From: the human T2T-CHM13v2.0 reference genome, Homo sapiens
Assembly (NCBI RefSeq): GCF_009914755.1
Contig: NC_060925.1
Length of the DNA stretch: 64,000 bases
Direction: 5' to 3' (one strand)
The notes under the pieces are model-generated. The model saw only the letters and a program-made list of their open reading frames with translations. It ran no database searches and was not told the DNA's origin. Positions within the stretch are counted from its first letter, which is position 1, and every line of letters begins with the position of its first letter. Positions 39,373 to 57,512 of the stretch are shown in pieces. A program made the translations under genes and the position numbers.

Positions 39373-40775
39373 TATGCTCAAGACTTTTTTAAAGAAGAAA
39401 ATATGGGTATTATTTTATTCTGAAACTTCTCATGTTTTATCTTGCCATCGTACATAAACACATTAGTTTGCACTTAAACAGTAGCTTAAATTGTAAATTT
39501 TATCCATCCAAATTTTGTTACAAACTTTGTTATAATGGAAGCTCTAAATGAGGGTTATCTGATTTTTAGTTATTTATAAGTAATCTGTTTTAGTCTACTG
39601 GAATGCTTGCAAACTCCTTGTTATCTTCTCTGCCCCCTAGGATATGTCTAGATATGGATCTTTGACCATTAATCTCATGTCACCTTTTTCTTTACTTTTA
39701 GGTCTTCTTTTAAGTCTAGATATTTTTATTCAATTTGCCTTTGAGTTACTATTACTTCTGTTTAAATTAGTCCAGATTACTCCTCAAACATACTTGTAAT
39801 TCTCAGATTGGGTTTTATCTCATCTCTTTTGTCTTTCTGCTTCTGTTTCATACAAGCCTCATCTTCTTGCTTTCTTCTTGAGAATGCAAATTTTCTAAAA
39901 GAGGTATCTATTTCCTTAGAAAATCACTTTCAGAGATAAGCGAATCTTCTGAATCTTCTGTATTATGATCCTTTCCCTTTTGTATATTATTTTTTATGCT
40001 TCTCTTGGGACAAGAAGAGGGCTTGGGAGTGTGATATGGACCAAGGTTCCAAGGATTTGGGACAGGTCATGTGCAAGTAAGCAGAGCTGACCACTAGCTG
40101 TGGATAGGGAACAAAGGAGAGTTGAAGTCTAAGAGCCTTGCCAAGCAGCCTTGAGAAGCAAACAATAATCTGAAACTTGAAATCTGTGAGGGAAGATGAA
40201 CTCAAGAACTGGATCTTTTTCAAAGGTTGTCAGGCAAGATGGACCTTAACTAGTAGAATCTGGAGACAGCCAGGAATGTTAACTTGAGGAAATAAAATAC
40301 ACAAGAATGTGATAGCTTTTCATACTGCTAAATCTGGAGAGAATTAAGATCTTAGGTCAGTTTGGACAGGTTTTTCCCTTCTTTATTTTCTCATCTATGT
40401 CCAGTATATCAGTCATCTATTCAGATAGGAAGTGTGGATTTCCTTTGGCTCCACTCTTAGATCTCTAAGTAGAGTCCAGATCGATATGCCTACGTGAGAG
40501 TAATTCCCAGGGCCTTTTGTTATTCCACTGTCTTAAACCAATGGAATCCATGATCAGCTATCATTTCAGCAAGCACTGCAGCCAGCACTCTCCCCGTACA
40601 CTGTATTCATAGGGACAAATGTGACAGGGCAAATGGACAATTACCTGTCTCTCCATCCACCCCATCTTTCGCCACTGAATTCCGGAAGTTGCAGTCCCCA
40701 GTTACATGCATAAAGATGATAGTCTCTAACAGTATTATAATCACGTCTCAAAGCAGGATTTTAGATTCGAGAGGC

Positions 40776-41197
40776 TGATATTGTTTGGATCTGTGTCTCT
40801 GCCCAAATCTCATGTCGAATTATAATCCTCAGTGTTGGAGGTGGGGCCTGGTGGGAGGTGATTGAATCACAGGGGTGGATTTCTCAGGAACGGTTACCAC
40901 CATCCCCTTCACGCTATGCCTCATGATAGTGAGTTCTCGTGAGAGCTGGTTGTTTAAAAGTGTGTATCACCTCCTCCCTTACTTTCTCTCTTGCTCCTGC
41001 TCCTGCCATGTAAGATGCCTGCTCCCCCTTTGCCTTTTGCCATGATTGGAAGCTTCTCGAGGCCTCCCCAAAAGCAGAAGCCACAATGCTTCCTGTATAG
41101 CCTTCAGAACTATGAGCCAATTAAACCTCTTTTCTTTATAAATTACCCAGTGTCAGGTAATTTTTTTTTTACAGCAATTCAAGAACAGGCTAATACA
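40776..41197 (+). mobile_element. MST (MSTA-like) MaLR solo LTR
   Basis: TGATATTGTTTGGATCTGTGTC...GGCTAATACA; 5-bp TSD gaggc. Confidence 0.92.
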
Positions 41198-41899
41198 GAG
41201 GCCGAAGAGGGCCAGCTGCTTAGTTTGCAGCTCTGATGGACACTGGCTCTCTAATTCAGTGAGCAGACAGTGGGAAAGGGATGCTCAGATGCCAAACTTT
41301 CTTTCAGATGGGTGGATCTGTTCTGTACCATGAAGTAGAGTATGGATAAGCCAACAACTGTTTTTCTGAATCCACCTCCATTAGCCTCATAAATTAGGGC
41401 AATTCCTCCTGGTAATGAGCAAGCAGCTTGTCATTCTTTATGCTCTGTGTTAGGATTAATTTTGTCATTTTTCTTTACCTTTTTATGGGTTTTAGGCAGC
41501 AGTTGAGAGACCCTGAGGCAGGGCTGCTAGCCAAATACTATTAAAAGCTAGAAATGCCTCACTGATTTTTATCGTAGATTGTTTCAACCTGTGTTCATTT
41601 CTTCAGCCTCTGACTATAGGATTTCCCAGGTTGCAGTCTTTGGCTGGCTGCTCAGTCTGCACTCTCCTTCAGAGGACTAATTTACTCTTACACCTTCACA
41701 TCGGACACCTGAAGACTCTCAAACTGTTATCTCTAGTCTTGTCTTCTCATTTAAATTGTGACCCTGTATTTTCTGACTAAAAGACATTTCTACTTGTCTA
41801 TCCCACAAAATTATTGTATCCCTGGTGTGTGTACTCTTAATTATTAAAACTGCTAAATTATCAAAGACCAAAGTCATGAGGACAGGAAACAAACATTTT

Positions 41900-42620
41900 A
41901 TGCAAGGGCTACTGATAAAACTTTTGGAGGCACAACCCCATTTATACTCCTTTGGTTCCTGGAGAAGAGAAACTGCACTATGTATTATTCAAAGGTTCTG
42001 AGCATTTACCTCATCCTGCAGGATCACATCCCAGCTTCACACCCCAATATAGCATGGCCTGAGAGCTGGCAATGTAACTGGGTTTTCAATAGCCATGTCA
42101 CTATTCTATAAGATCAACATCAACTGCTTCTGGCTGATGGGGTGCAAGATAAGACCTGTAAATCTAATGGGTATCAGAATATTGACTCACAGAGTTCATT
42201 TGTTGAAGCAATGAAGCAATGTTGCATGGAAAATTCACATCACATAGGATGTTTTCATTTGCAAGGAGCAGACTACCCAGTGAGTTACAGTTCTTGAAGT
42301 TTCTCCCACAGGGAAGATATCCCTTTCCCACCATCCTTCAGGGTCTACCTAGATGGAACTGAATGTTACAGAAATCCATTTAGGGCAAGAGCTATCATAC
42401 CATGCAGAGATTTCTATAAATTTGGTTAGGTTTTTTTTTCCTTCCCAGGCAAGTGATCATAAGGAAGTATCCGTGATTCCACAGGAGTGGAATATGGAAA
42501 GTGTGGCAGTGTAATCAGAAAAGGCATGCTGCAGTGTGAGCCATCTGCATGTGCAACTTTCTTGTGACTTTGGACCTGTTGGGTCTAGTCCTGTTTACAT
42601 TGTTTCCACTTGATGATGGT
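41900..42620 (-). mobile_element. ERVL-class pol remnant (IIKWK region to integrase C-terminus)
   Basis: Reverse complement accatcatcaagtggaaa and gctgggatgtgatcctgcagg...ccaggaaccaaaggagt resemble HERV-L pol. Confidence 0.62.
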
Positions 42621-42624
42621 GGAA

Positions 42625-44905
42625 ACCATCCTCAGATATAACGTGGTTTTGGTTCTAGACCACTACAATAAAGTGGATATGGCAATAAACCAAGTCACAC
42701 AATTTTTTTTGTTTCTTAATGCATATAAAAGTTATTATTTACAATACACCATAGTCCATTGCTAGTGTGCAATAGCATTATGTTAAAAAAACACGTATAT
42801 ACCTTAATTAAAAATACTTTATGGCTAAAAATTGCTAACGATCATCTGAGCCTTCAGCAAGTCCTAATATTTTTGCTGATAGAGAGTCTTGCTTCCATGT
42901 TGACAGCTGCTGACTGATCAGGGTGGTGGTTGCTGAAAGTTGGAGTGGCTGCAGCAATTTCTTAAAATAAGACAACAATGAAGTTTGGCACATTGACTGA
43001 CTCTTCCTTTCATGAAAGATTTCTCTGTAATGCTGTTTGATAACATTTTACCCACAGTAGAACTTCTTTCAAAATTGGAGATAATCATCTCAAAACCTCC
43101 CACCATTGCTTTATTAACTAAGCTTATGTAATATTTTTGATCCTTTGTTGCCGTTTCAACAATGTTCACAGCATCTTCACCAGAAGTAGATTCTATCTCA
43201 AGAAACTACTTTCTTTGTTCATCCATAAAAAGCAACTTTTCATCTGTTCAAGTTTTATTGTGAGATTGCAGCATTGCAGTTAATCTTCAGGCTCCATCAA
43301 TCACAAATGTTTTTAATGCCATTAGAATGGTGAATCCTTTCCATAAGGTTTTCCATTGACTTTGCCCAGATCTACCAGAGGAATCACTATCTATGGCAGC
43401 TACAGCCTTACGAAATGTGCTTCTTAGGTAATAAGACTTGAAAGTTGAAATTACCCCTTAATCCATGGGCTACAGAATAGATGGATGTTGTGTTAGCAGG
43501 CATGAAAAAAACATTAATCTCCTTGTACACCTCCATCAGAGCTCTTGATTGACTAGGTCCATTGTCAATGAGCAGTAACATTTTTTTCAGGAATTTTTTT
43601 TTTTTTTTCCCTGAGCAGGAGGTCTCAATACTGGGCTTAAAATATCCACTAAACCATGCTGTAAACAAATGTGCTGTCATTCAGGCTTTGTTGTTCCATT
43701 TGTAGAGCACAGGTAGAGTAAATTTAGCATAATTCTTCAGGGCCCTAGGAATTTGGGGGTGGGAAATGAGCAATGGCTTCAACTTAAAGTCAACAGTTGC
43801 CTCAGCCCCTAACAAGAGAGTCTGCCTGTCCTTGGAAGCTTTGAAGCCAGGCACTGATTTCTTCTTTCTAGCTATGAAAGTCCCAGATGGCTTCTTCTTC
43901 CAAGAGACAGCTATTTCATCTACACCGAAAATATGTTGTTTAGTGTAGCCACATTCATTAATTGTCTTAGCTAAATCTTCTTGCTAACTTGCTGCAGCTT
44001 TTGTATCAACACTTGCGGTTTCTCTTTGCACTTTTATGTTATGGAAATGGCTTCTTTTCTTTGACCTCATGAACGAATCTCTGCTAGATTCAAACTTTTC
44101 TTCTGCAGCTTCCTTACCCCTCTTAGCCTTCATAGAATTGAAGAGATAGGGCCTCGCTCTGGATTAGCCTTTGGTTTAAGATGTTTGGCTGATTTGGTCT
44201 TCTATCCAGTCCACTAAAACTTTCTCCATATCAGCAATAAAGCTGTTTTACTTTTTTATCTATCATTTGTGTGTTCCCTGGAGTAGCACTTTTAATTCCC
44301 TTCAAGTACATTTCCTTTGCATTCACAACTTGGCTAACTATTTGGTTCAAGAGGCCTGGCTTTTGGCTTATCTCAGCTTTTGATGTGCATTTCTTAGTAA
44401 GTCTAATCATTTCTAGCTTTTGATTTAAATTGAGAGATGTGTGACTCTTCCTTTCTCTTGAACACTTAGCAGGCCATTGTAGGGCTATTAATTGGTCTAA
44501 TGTCAATATTGTTGTGTCTTAGGGAACAGGGACATGTGAGGAGAGGGAGAAAGATGGGAGAATGAGTTGTCTATGGAGTAATCAGAACACACACAACATT
44601 TATCCATGAAGTTCACCATCTTACATAGTCATGGTTTGTGGTGCCCCAAAACAATTACAATAGTAACATTAAAGATCACTAATTACAGATCACAATAACA
44701 GATATAATAATAATGAAAATGTTTGAAATATTATGAGAATTACCTAAATGTAATACAGAAACACGAAGTGAGCACATGCTGTTGGAAAAACGGTGCCAAT
44801 AGACTTGCTCCATGCAGGGTTGTCACCAGTCTTCAATTTGTAAAAAAAAAAACGCAGTATCTATGAACACAATAAAGTGAATCACAATAAAATGAAGTAT
44901 ACCTG
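42625..44905 (-). mobile_element. Tigger1 (TcMar) DNA transposon, near full length, decayed transposase
   Basis: TIR end ...gaagtatacctg followed by TA; ORF fragments [10 protein letters not shown] (HTH) and MLLLIDNGP...[10 protein letters not shown] (DDE); other TIR clipped. Confidence 0.93.
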
Positions 44906-45021
44906 TACTGATGCTTGATTTTATGTCTGGTTAGATAATATCAGGTTAATGATTGGTACCAGGTATTTCATGGGCATTCACTCAGTGTCTATCAGGGATT
45001 ATAGCAAGCAAGCCACAGGCT

Positions 45022-45643
45022 GTTTCTTGTTTGTTTGTTTGTTTTGAGACAGTCTCACTCTGTTGCCAGGCTGGAGGTGCAGTGGCGCAATCTTGGCTCA
45101 CTGCAACCTCTGCCTCCTGGCTTAAGCAATTCTTCTGCCTCAGCCTCCTGAGTAGCTGGAACTACAGGTGTGCGCCACCATGCCCAGCTAATTTTTGTAT
45201 TTTTAGTAGAGACAGGGTTTCACCATGTTGGCTAGGATGGGCTCATTCTCTTGACCTCATGATCTGCCCACCTCAGCCTCCGAAAGTGCTGGGATTACAG
45301 GCATGAGCCACCATGCCCAGCTCTTGTTTGTTTGTTTTTTGTTTTGTTCTTGTTGTTGTTGGGATAGGATCTCACCTCTGTTGCACAGGCTGGAGTGCAG
45401 TGTCATGATCACGACTGACTGCATTTTTACCCTCCCCAGGCTCAGGCGATCCTCCCACCTCAGCCTCCCATGTAGCTGGGACTACAGGCACAAGCCACCA
45501 CACCTGGCTAATTTTTGTATTTTTTGTAGAGACAGCGTTTCACCATGTTGCCCACACTGGTCTCAAACTCCTGGGCTCAAGTAACCCACTCGCCTCAGCC
45601 TCCCAAAATGCTGGGATTACAGATGTGAGCCACCACACCCGAC
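45022..45643 (-). mobile_element. Two tandem antisense Alus
   Basis: Flanked by acagg(c/g)tgttt. Confidence 0.93.
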
Positions 45644-45746
45644 CCTACAGGGTGTTTTTAAAAAATATATATATAATTCTTCATTATAGATTGTATTTTA
45701 TTGTATATTATGTTATATATTTTTTTCTTTCATTTTTATATGTTTA

Positions 45747-46641
<895 letters not shown>

Positions 46642-46718
46642 TAAATTATATAAATTTTTATAAGTGAGTATAGAGCCCTGCTGTGATTCTCCTAACAAAT
46701 GCAAGTGATCTGCATTTG

Positions 46719-47290
46719 TGATGGTCATCTGTGCTCAGTGATCTTTGGTGTTACTATTGTAATTGTTTTGGGGCACCACCAACCACGCTCATATAAGATG
46801 GTGAACTTTAGCCGGGCGCGGTGGTTCACGCCTGTAATCCCAGCACTTTGAGAGACTGAGGCGGGCAGATCACCTGAGGTTAGGAGGTCAAGACCAGCCT
46901 GATCAACATGGAGAAACACCGTCTCTACTAAAAATACAAAAATTAGCCAGGCATGGTGGTGAGCGCCTGTAATCCCAGCTACTCCGGAGGCTGAGGCCGG
47001 AGAATTGCTTGAACCTCGGAGGCGGAGGTTGCAATGAGCTGAGTGCGCCATTGCACTCCAGCCTGGGCAACAAGAGCGAAACTCCATCTCAAAAAAAAAA
47101 AAAAAAAAAAAAAGATGGTGAACTTCATGTAAAAAATGTGTGTTCTGAGTACTTCATAGGCAACTCGTTCTCTCATCTTTCTTCCTTTCCTCATACTCTT
47201 CTATTTCCTAAGATACAACAAAATTGAAATTAGGTCAGTTAATAACCCTACAATGGCCTCTAAGTGTTCAAGTGCCTCTAAGTGCTTCAA
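46719..47290 (+). mobile_element. TIR-less Tigger1 internal fragment (inverted relative to ~44455-44695), with inserted AluS 46810-47113
   Basis: gatctttggtgttactattgtaattgttttggggcacc...ccctacaatggcctctaagtgttcaag; Alu TSD aagatggtgaactt. Confidence 0.88.
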
Positions 47291-48770
47291 AGCCCTGCTG
47301 TGATTCGCCTAACAAAACTTGTCACATTTTCTATAAGGCATAATTGATCAGTCTTTGAGCACCACTCGCACTTCAGCCTGGATGAGTTAGGATATTCCCT
47401 CTAAAATGATGATCATGTTTTTCTACTCTCCCTACCATTCAGGAAGAGACACAATGGTTTGTGAGCTTCCTTGGATTTTGGAGGCAGCATACACCACATT
47501 TGAGTATGTTGCTCTGATCCATTTTCAGGTTAACACAAAAGATCTCAGCTTTGAGAGGGCCGCAGAGCAAAAAAAGTTTCTCTAGCTGATAAAGGTGGAT
47601 CAGGGAGCTGCATGGAGATGATGGCAAGTTCTAGTAAGGGAGTCAAAATGGAGGTACCTGATAGTTTGGGAGAGAACTATGCCCTTTTTGGCAAGTGACT
47701 ATTCTATTTTTGATAAGCAACTCTTGTTTTGATACTGGTTTCTGATAGAAACTGAGCACCTGACCATAAGGTACCAAGGAGCCATGGATTTTGAGGAACG
47801 TTCCATGAAACAAGTGTTGTATGATCTACCTAGCCATACAGTCTGATGTTGCCAGCAGCATTCCATCAAGTGAAAGCAGTGTATACGTAGGACCAGAAAC
47901 AAGCAAGATACAAGTAAGTGTCATGTGAAGATGTCTCATATTTACAGCATTTTTTCTGTTGCTTCTTCCTCAGCCCATACCTAAGGGCTTTGTGTAGAAT
48001 TCTCTATGATCATGGGGAGGAAAAAAAAATCCAGCTTGGTTACAGAGAATTAGGTTTCATTGGTACCAAATGAAAAGCTTACAGTTTCATTCAGCTGGAA
48101 AAGCAGGCCAGGGGCTTAATTTTGAATGAAGTTTAAGATATGTATTATTAATCCAAGTGGAGATGTCTTTAGCTGAATATATGAATGTGAATTTCAAGGA
48201 AGAGGACTTGATGATAGCTTAATTCAGATGTGATCCTGAAAAGTAGTGGAAAAAAGAAATCCCCCAGTTAATCACACTTTAATGAAGACTTCTCATTGTC
48301 CACTTTATCTAAAAGGAGAAATGACATTAGATAAATAAGTACAATGATTCCTGGAAAATAACGAAAGGTTTCACTGAATGGTCAGGGTCTTGGGAGTAAA
48401 TGGACTGAAGAGCTGCTGACAAGGAGTTTTTGAAATGTGGTATAAGGCTAGATCTCTCAGAATGGGTCCAGAATGTTAGAATATTTGAGTCCCATGAGAG
48501 TGACCACAAAAGATGCCCACTTTAGAGGACCATCTCAATAATGAAGTGGATAAAATGATTGATACTATAGATGTCACTCAACATCTTTCTGCATCCCAGT
48601 GCTTGCTCAGTGAGCTCATAAAATGGCCATTGTAGCAGATGATGGCTATGAGTCGGGTCAACGACATGCATGTCCTCTCACTAAGGCCACTATGGCGGCT
48701 GCCTCTGCTGAGTGCCCCATTTTCTAGCAGCAACAACAAGCCCTAAGCCCCTGACGTGATACTGCATGAA
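47291..48770 (+). mobile_element. ERVL-class pol remnant (RT to RNase H to integrase HHCC)
   Basis: aagcaactcttg...tactggtttctgatagaaactgag (KQLL..YWFLIETE), cagcagcattccatcaagtg, gctgagtgcccc (AECP). Confidence 0.75.
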
Positions 48771-48877
48771 AAAAATCTCAATGCACATCTTATTTGACCT
48801 ATCAGGAGCATTTGGCACAGTTCATCTCTCTTTCCTCCTTGAAACACATTCTTCAATGGCTTCTAAGGCACCCCTCC

Positions 48878-50225
<1,348 letters not shown>

Positions 50226-50527
50226 TAGACTTCTTTTCTTCTCTACGTACTTTCCTTTCCTAGGTGATCCCTTCAAGTCTTATGTCTTTAAGTAACATAA
50301 ATTTGCTAACAAGTCACATTTAAATTTTCAGCCTGGTTCTAAAATCTAGTCCCAAGTATCCAACGGAATACATTTCCACCTGCGTGTACATTTTACATTT
50401 AATTGGTCAGAAACTGAGCCCCAGATCTGTCCTCTAAGGCTGTTCTTCCTGCAGTCTTCCCTTTCTGAATTGATTGCAACTTCAACTTTCCAATTGTTTA
50501 GATCAAAAATCTTGGAGCCAGTATTGA

Positions 50528-50822
<295 letters not shown>

Positions 50823-51381
50823 TGACTCTCTTCTTTCAAACTACACATCTAATCCATCAGCAAATCCTTTTGACATAGCTCCAAAATTAACCCCAAATTT
50901 GATCACTTGCCACTGCCACTACCACCTTGGATCGAAACACCATAGTCTCTGGATTACTGCAATAGCCTTTTAGTGGATTTTCCTGCTTTGGCTCTTGCTC
51001 ACCAATAGTCTATTCTCCATACTCAGGTCAAGTCACTCTGTACTTAAAGCTTTCCAGTGACTCTCATCTCATTCAAAGTAAAAGCCAAAGTCTTCACTTT
51101 GTTTCAGCCCCATTGATCTCCTTAGGGTTCCTAGCATGTGCCAAGCTTGTCCCCACAGAAGGGTATTTGCACATCCTATTCCCTGGACTTGGAACATTTC
51201 CCCTCATCCCAACCATACCTCCAAATATCACTATATTTTGTTATTTTATTTGCTTAAAATCTTTGTACAGATGTCACTTTCTAAGTGAGGGCTTACACAA
51301 AAACCCTATTTAAAACTGCAACCATCATTCCCTCTGTATTTCTTATTTCCTTTGTCTGTTTTTTCTTCATGACACTTATAA

Positions 51382-52170
<789 letters not shown>

Positions 52171-52680
52171 CCTACAGAAAATGTAACAACAAATACAATG
52201 GATATCCATATCCCCTTCACCTAGATTCACTCATTGTTAACATTTTGTCACATTTGCTTTATTTCTCTTTCAGTTGCACTACACACACACACACACACAC
52301 ACACACACTTTTTTTGCTGACTTCATTTGAAAGTAAGTTTTAGACATGGTGACCCTTCACTTCCAAATAATTTAGCATGCATTAGCTATGATATATAACA
52401 TACATAACCACAATGCAAATATCATTCAGGATAATTAACAATTATATATATATACATGCACATACATATTTACACACACACAGCCTGTATTCAAATTTCC
52501 TCAGTTGTTCCAATAATGTATTTTATAGCTGTTTTTTAAAAATTAATAAAGGACTCAATCAGGAATTACGCATTTCACTTAAATGCCATGTCTCTTAAGG
52601 TTTTGAAATTTAGAACAGTGCCCCAGCTTCTTTGTTTTTATTTTATAACACTGATAGTTTTAAGGGTACATGCTATTTGT
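52171..52680 (-). mobile_element. L1MC/ME 3' fragment containing (CA)n at 52281-52307
   Basis: cacctagattcactcattgttaacattttg...ttcaaatttcctcagttgttccaataatg. Confidence 0.65.
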
Positions 52681-52784
52681 CAATAAATATTTTATAAATT
52701 AATACATAATGATTTCCTCAAATGTTTTTTCTTCCTGTCCCTGCAGCTCTGAGCTCTCATTATTTGGTGGTCTGAGAAAGCAAG

Positions 52785-53100
52785 AGAAGAATACTTCTAC
52801 CAGGGAATACAACAGCAATTCTATTGAAGTTGAAATTCAATGGTCACTTCAGGTTCTTCTTAACCACCAATACAACTGGTAAGAAAGAGGATTGTGGGAT
52901 TGGCTGTGGTAATATATTTCAGGTATCAGGGGAAATAGGACTGCTGCTATAAGATAGGGGGAGGAGTAGTGTAGCTGAACTCCAGGTGATTATTAGGAGC
53001 CCCTTCTGTTATTGGTATATTCAGAGGTAAAAGGTAATGGAAGACTACAGCAACCTATATAGGCAGCATCACCAAAGGTACAACTTTTTCAGGAATGAAG
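52785..53100 (+). mobile_element. ERVL-class dUTPase-region remnant
   Basis: ggtcacttcagg...tatcaggggaaataggactgctgcta...aatggaagactacagcaacc (YQGEIGLLL; NGRLQQP). Confidence 0.7.
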
Positions 53101-53309
53101 GACAGTAACACACTAGATAAGAAATAGATGGCTAAAGGTAGAGAGAATACAGGATCAGTAGCAAAGAAAGCTCCAAGACACTGGCAGCCAAGCCTAGACC
53201 TGTTAGGCAGGAAGTTTGACGAAACTTTTCTAGGGATCAGATCCACCCAAAAGGAAAGTTATAGATAAAACTTCAGGGATTCCTCAGCAAATGATCCAGG
53301 CATATCATC

Positions 53310-53667
53310 TGATATGGTTTGGCTGTGTCCCCCCAGAAATCTCATCTTGAATTCCCACATGTTGTGGGAGGGACCCGGTGGGAGGTAATAGGATCATGGG
53401 TGCAAGTCTTTCCCCTGCTGTTCTTGTGATAGTGAATAAGTCTCATGAGATCTGATGGTTTTAAAAAGAGGAGTTCCCCTACACAAGCTCTCTCTCTTTG
53501 CCTGCTGGCATTCCACATAAAATGTGACTTGCTCCTCCTTTCCTTCCACCATGATTCTGAGGCATCCCCAGCCATGTGGAACTGTAAGTCCAATTAAACT
53601 TCTTTCTTTGGTAAATTGCCTAGTCTCAGGTATATCTTTATCAGCAGCGTGAAAACAGACTAATACA
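53310..53667 (+). mobile_element. THE1 (B/C-like) MaLR solo LTR
   Basis: TGATATGGTTTGGCTGTGTCCCC...CAGACTAATACA; 5-bp TSD tcatc. Confidence 0.95.
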
Positions 53668-53699
53668 TCATCTCACAGTGAAACTGAGAGATAACATAT

Positions 53700-54056
53700 T
53701 GCTGTAGTCTCAATGTTTGTGTCCTCCCAAAAATTTATATGTTGAAAGCTAATCACCAATGTGATAGTACTAAGATGTGGGGCCTTTAAATGGTGATTAA
53801 GTCATGAGGGCAGAGGCTTCATGATTGAGATTAGTGGCCTTGTAAAAGAGATGCTAGAGAGCTGTGTTGCCCCTTTTAGCAGGTGAGGACACAGCAAAAA
53901 GGTACCACCTATGAAACAGAAAGCAGCCCTCACCAGACTTGGAATCTGCTGGCATCTTGATCTTGGACTTTCCAGCCTCCAGAACTGTAAGAAATCAATT
54001 TCTGTTGTTTGTAAGTTATCCAGTCTGTGGCATAGCTTATATACCAGACTAAGACA
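53700..54056 (+). mobile_element. MLT1A-like MaLR solo LTR
   Basis: tgctgtagtctcaatgtttgtgtcctccc...ccagcctccagaactgtaagaaat...gactaagaca. Confidence 0.9.
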
Positions 54057-54059
54057 AGG

Positions 54060-54860
54060 AGAAATGGCCTCAAAATTCTGAAGTAGAATTATTTCCAACT
54101 TTGAATTCTACACCAAGTACGTATGTTTTTTAAAAAGAGGAAGGAGACATTTTCAGACATGCAAGTATGCAAAAAATTTATTTCCCATACATTCTCTCTG
54201 AGGAAGTTACCAAAGGTGTGCATCATCAAAACAGGAGCCCTGTCCTAGGAGAGAAGTGAAAGGATTTTCCAAGATGTTTATCAAGGGAGACCCTAGGATG
54301 ACAGCTATGTGACAAGTCAAGGTTAAGGCACTTCATAAACCCTGGGACAGAAATATTTAGGAAGATGAAATTGATAAATTGATAGAATATGTGAATTTAA
54401 ACAACTGTAAGAGAGTTTGATTGAATTAGAAATTAGGAAGTTAAACACACACAAAAATTATTAGCTGTAGGGAAAGCAAAATATTTTGTAGGAAAGGAAA
54501 ATGATTATAGTTGACTATATTGCTCCATTCTGAAAGCATATATAGTCATAATAATAGAAACACTATATATTTATCTAACCAAAATTATATCACTATATTG
54601 TGATAAGAATGATAACTGCTTTGTATGTCTGTGTTTAATTGTGGTGTGGAGAGGAAAGACCATAGGGAATGCCTACAACTAAAAGAATATGACATAGCAA
54701 GACAAACATGTTATCTAGAGTATGGAGGTACATATGAAGAGAATCATTTAGAGGTAAATGTAGTTGTCTTTGGACACAGGGAAATGATGGGTGGAAGAAC
54801 AATTGAGAGCTGTTCTTTATTTTAACATATCTCATAAAATTTGTTGACTTTTAAAAATAA
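54060..54860 (+). mobile_element. HAL1/L1ME-like fragment
   Basis: aaaattctgaag...gacattttcagacatgcaag...ctgaggaagttac. Confidence 0.55.
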
Positions 54861-55277
54861 AGACACAAAGTTAATTTATAATCACAATATTTCAGAGGCA
54901 TTACTTAGGACACCGAAATAGTTATTTTGTTTACCATGCCTTGTACATGGAAAAGACACTTAATTGTTTTTTGAATGGAATCCTTTTAAATGTGTCAGAA
55001 GTTATAAGCCATTACCACTCTGTAAAATTGAGATCAGGGATTATTTCTTATACTTCTTTCTTATACTTCAGGACACAATGTGGCATTATTTGCATTGTAT
55101 TTTTATTAATATGTAGGATATTGTGTGTATAAGACTTAAGAAGAACCAAATCAAATTGCTTTTTAGTCTCAGTTAATGTATAAACAATCCTGAGTGGAAT
55201 ATTTCACTTTACAAATGAGATCTGCTTTTTCCCTTGCTATGAGTCAAAACATTACCTCCCAATCAAGAAATCAACAA

Positions 55278-55965
<688 letters not shown>

Positions 55966-56019
55966 TCAACAGTTTTTTTGGAGTACTTATCTTGGACAAG
56001 ACAGATAACATAGTTTTAA

Positions 56020-56346
<327 letters not shown>

Positions 56347-57189
56347 TAGTTCTTTAATAACTGGATTACTCTATCTATTAACTATATTACATTCTCTAGG
56401 AAAAGAATCTGAGAGATTGCCAAGGTCACCCGGAGAATCAGGCATACCACCTCTTCAGATTATTTACCCTAAACTAAACTTTTGTGAAAAATACACACTG
56501 AGTAGGTGTGAGAAAAAAGTCAGAAAGGTTTATCCCACTTGAGATTAACGAGCAGTGTAGTTTGTCTTCAACTAAAGTGTTGATGGATAAAAGACAAAAA
56601 CTGGTGTGTAAATTCAGCTTTCGCTTTGTTGAAAGGGGATTAAAAATAGAAAGGAATTCTATTTAGGTTTAGACAGTGAAAGTTGAGAAACAGAACTTTT
56701 TTAAAGGAGTAGGCTTGAGATATTTTTTCCTACTGAAGAGTCCAAATTGTGGAGCTGGCAGAATAAGCATCTTGTCTGCCTGCTTGTATTTTTGGTGTCT
56801 CGATTAATTGCATAGCTGTCCTGCATCAGTAGTTTTAAATCTATAAATTCACAGCTCTCAGGAGTTAATATGAGATTATCCAGACACTATTTAAAGGGCC
56901 AGAGATCAAAGAAACAAAGAAGCCTCTTTATAGGGGCTATTTGAGTACTTTACTAGTCCTTAGGCACTTGGTAATTTCACAAAGTAGATACGATGTATTT
57001 GTCAAGGAAATCTCTTTCAACACATTCTTCTCCTCTTCATTTGTTCCCTCTTATAAATAGAGTCATATTCTATGCCTCTAAGAGGGTGTAATTATTTTAC
57101 ATAGAACAATTCTACTTTCTATTTGCTGTGTTAATTGTTGTCTCCTGTATGGAAGCTTATTTTTGATATCTTAGGTTTAAAAAAATCTC

Positions 57190-57512
57190 AGTAGAGAGTA
57201 GAATAGTGATTACCAGAGACTGGGGAGGGAAGGAAGGGAGGTTGGTTAATGGGTACAAAAATATAGCTAGATGGAAGAAATAAGTCTTAGTATCTGATAG
57301 TACTGTAGGGAAATTATAGTTAATAATAATTCACTGCATATGTCAAAATAACTAGAAGAGAAGAATTTTAATGTTCCCAACACAAAGACAAATGTTGGAA
57401 GTGATGGATATCCCAATTACTCTGATTTTATCATTACTCATTATATACATGTATCAAAATATCACAAGAACTCCTAAAATATGTACAACTATGACATATC
57501 AATTAAACAAAC
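57190..57512 (+). mobile_element. L1MA 3'UTR fragment
   Basis: gagagtagaatagtgattaccagagactgg...gtgatggatatcccaattac. Confidence 0.85.

Noticed and set aside
42918-44506. Tigger-derived (TIGD-like) domesticated gene
   Set aside because: The transposase is broken into short frames by stops and frameshifts
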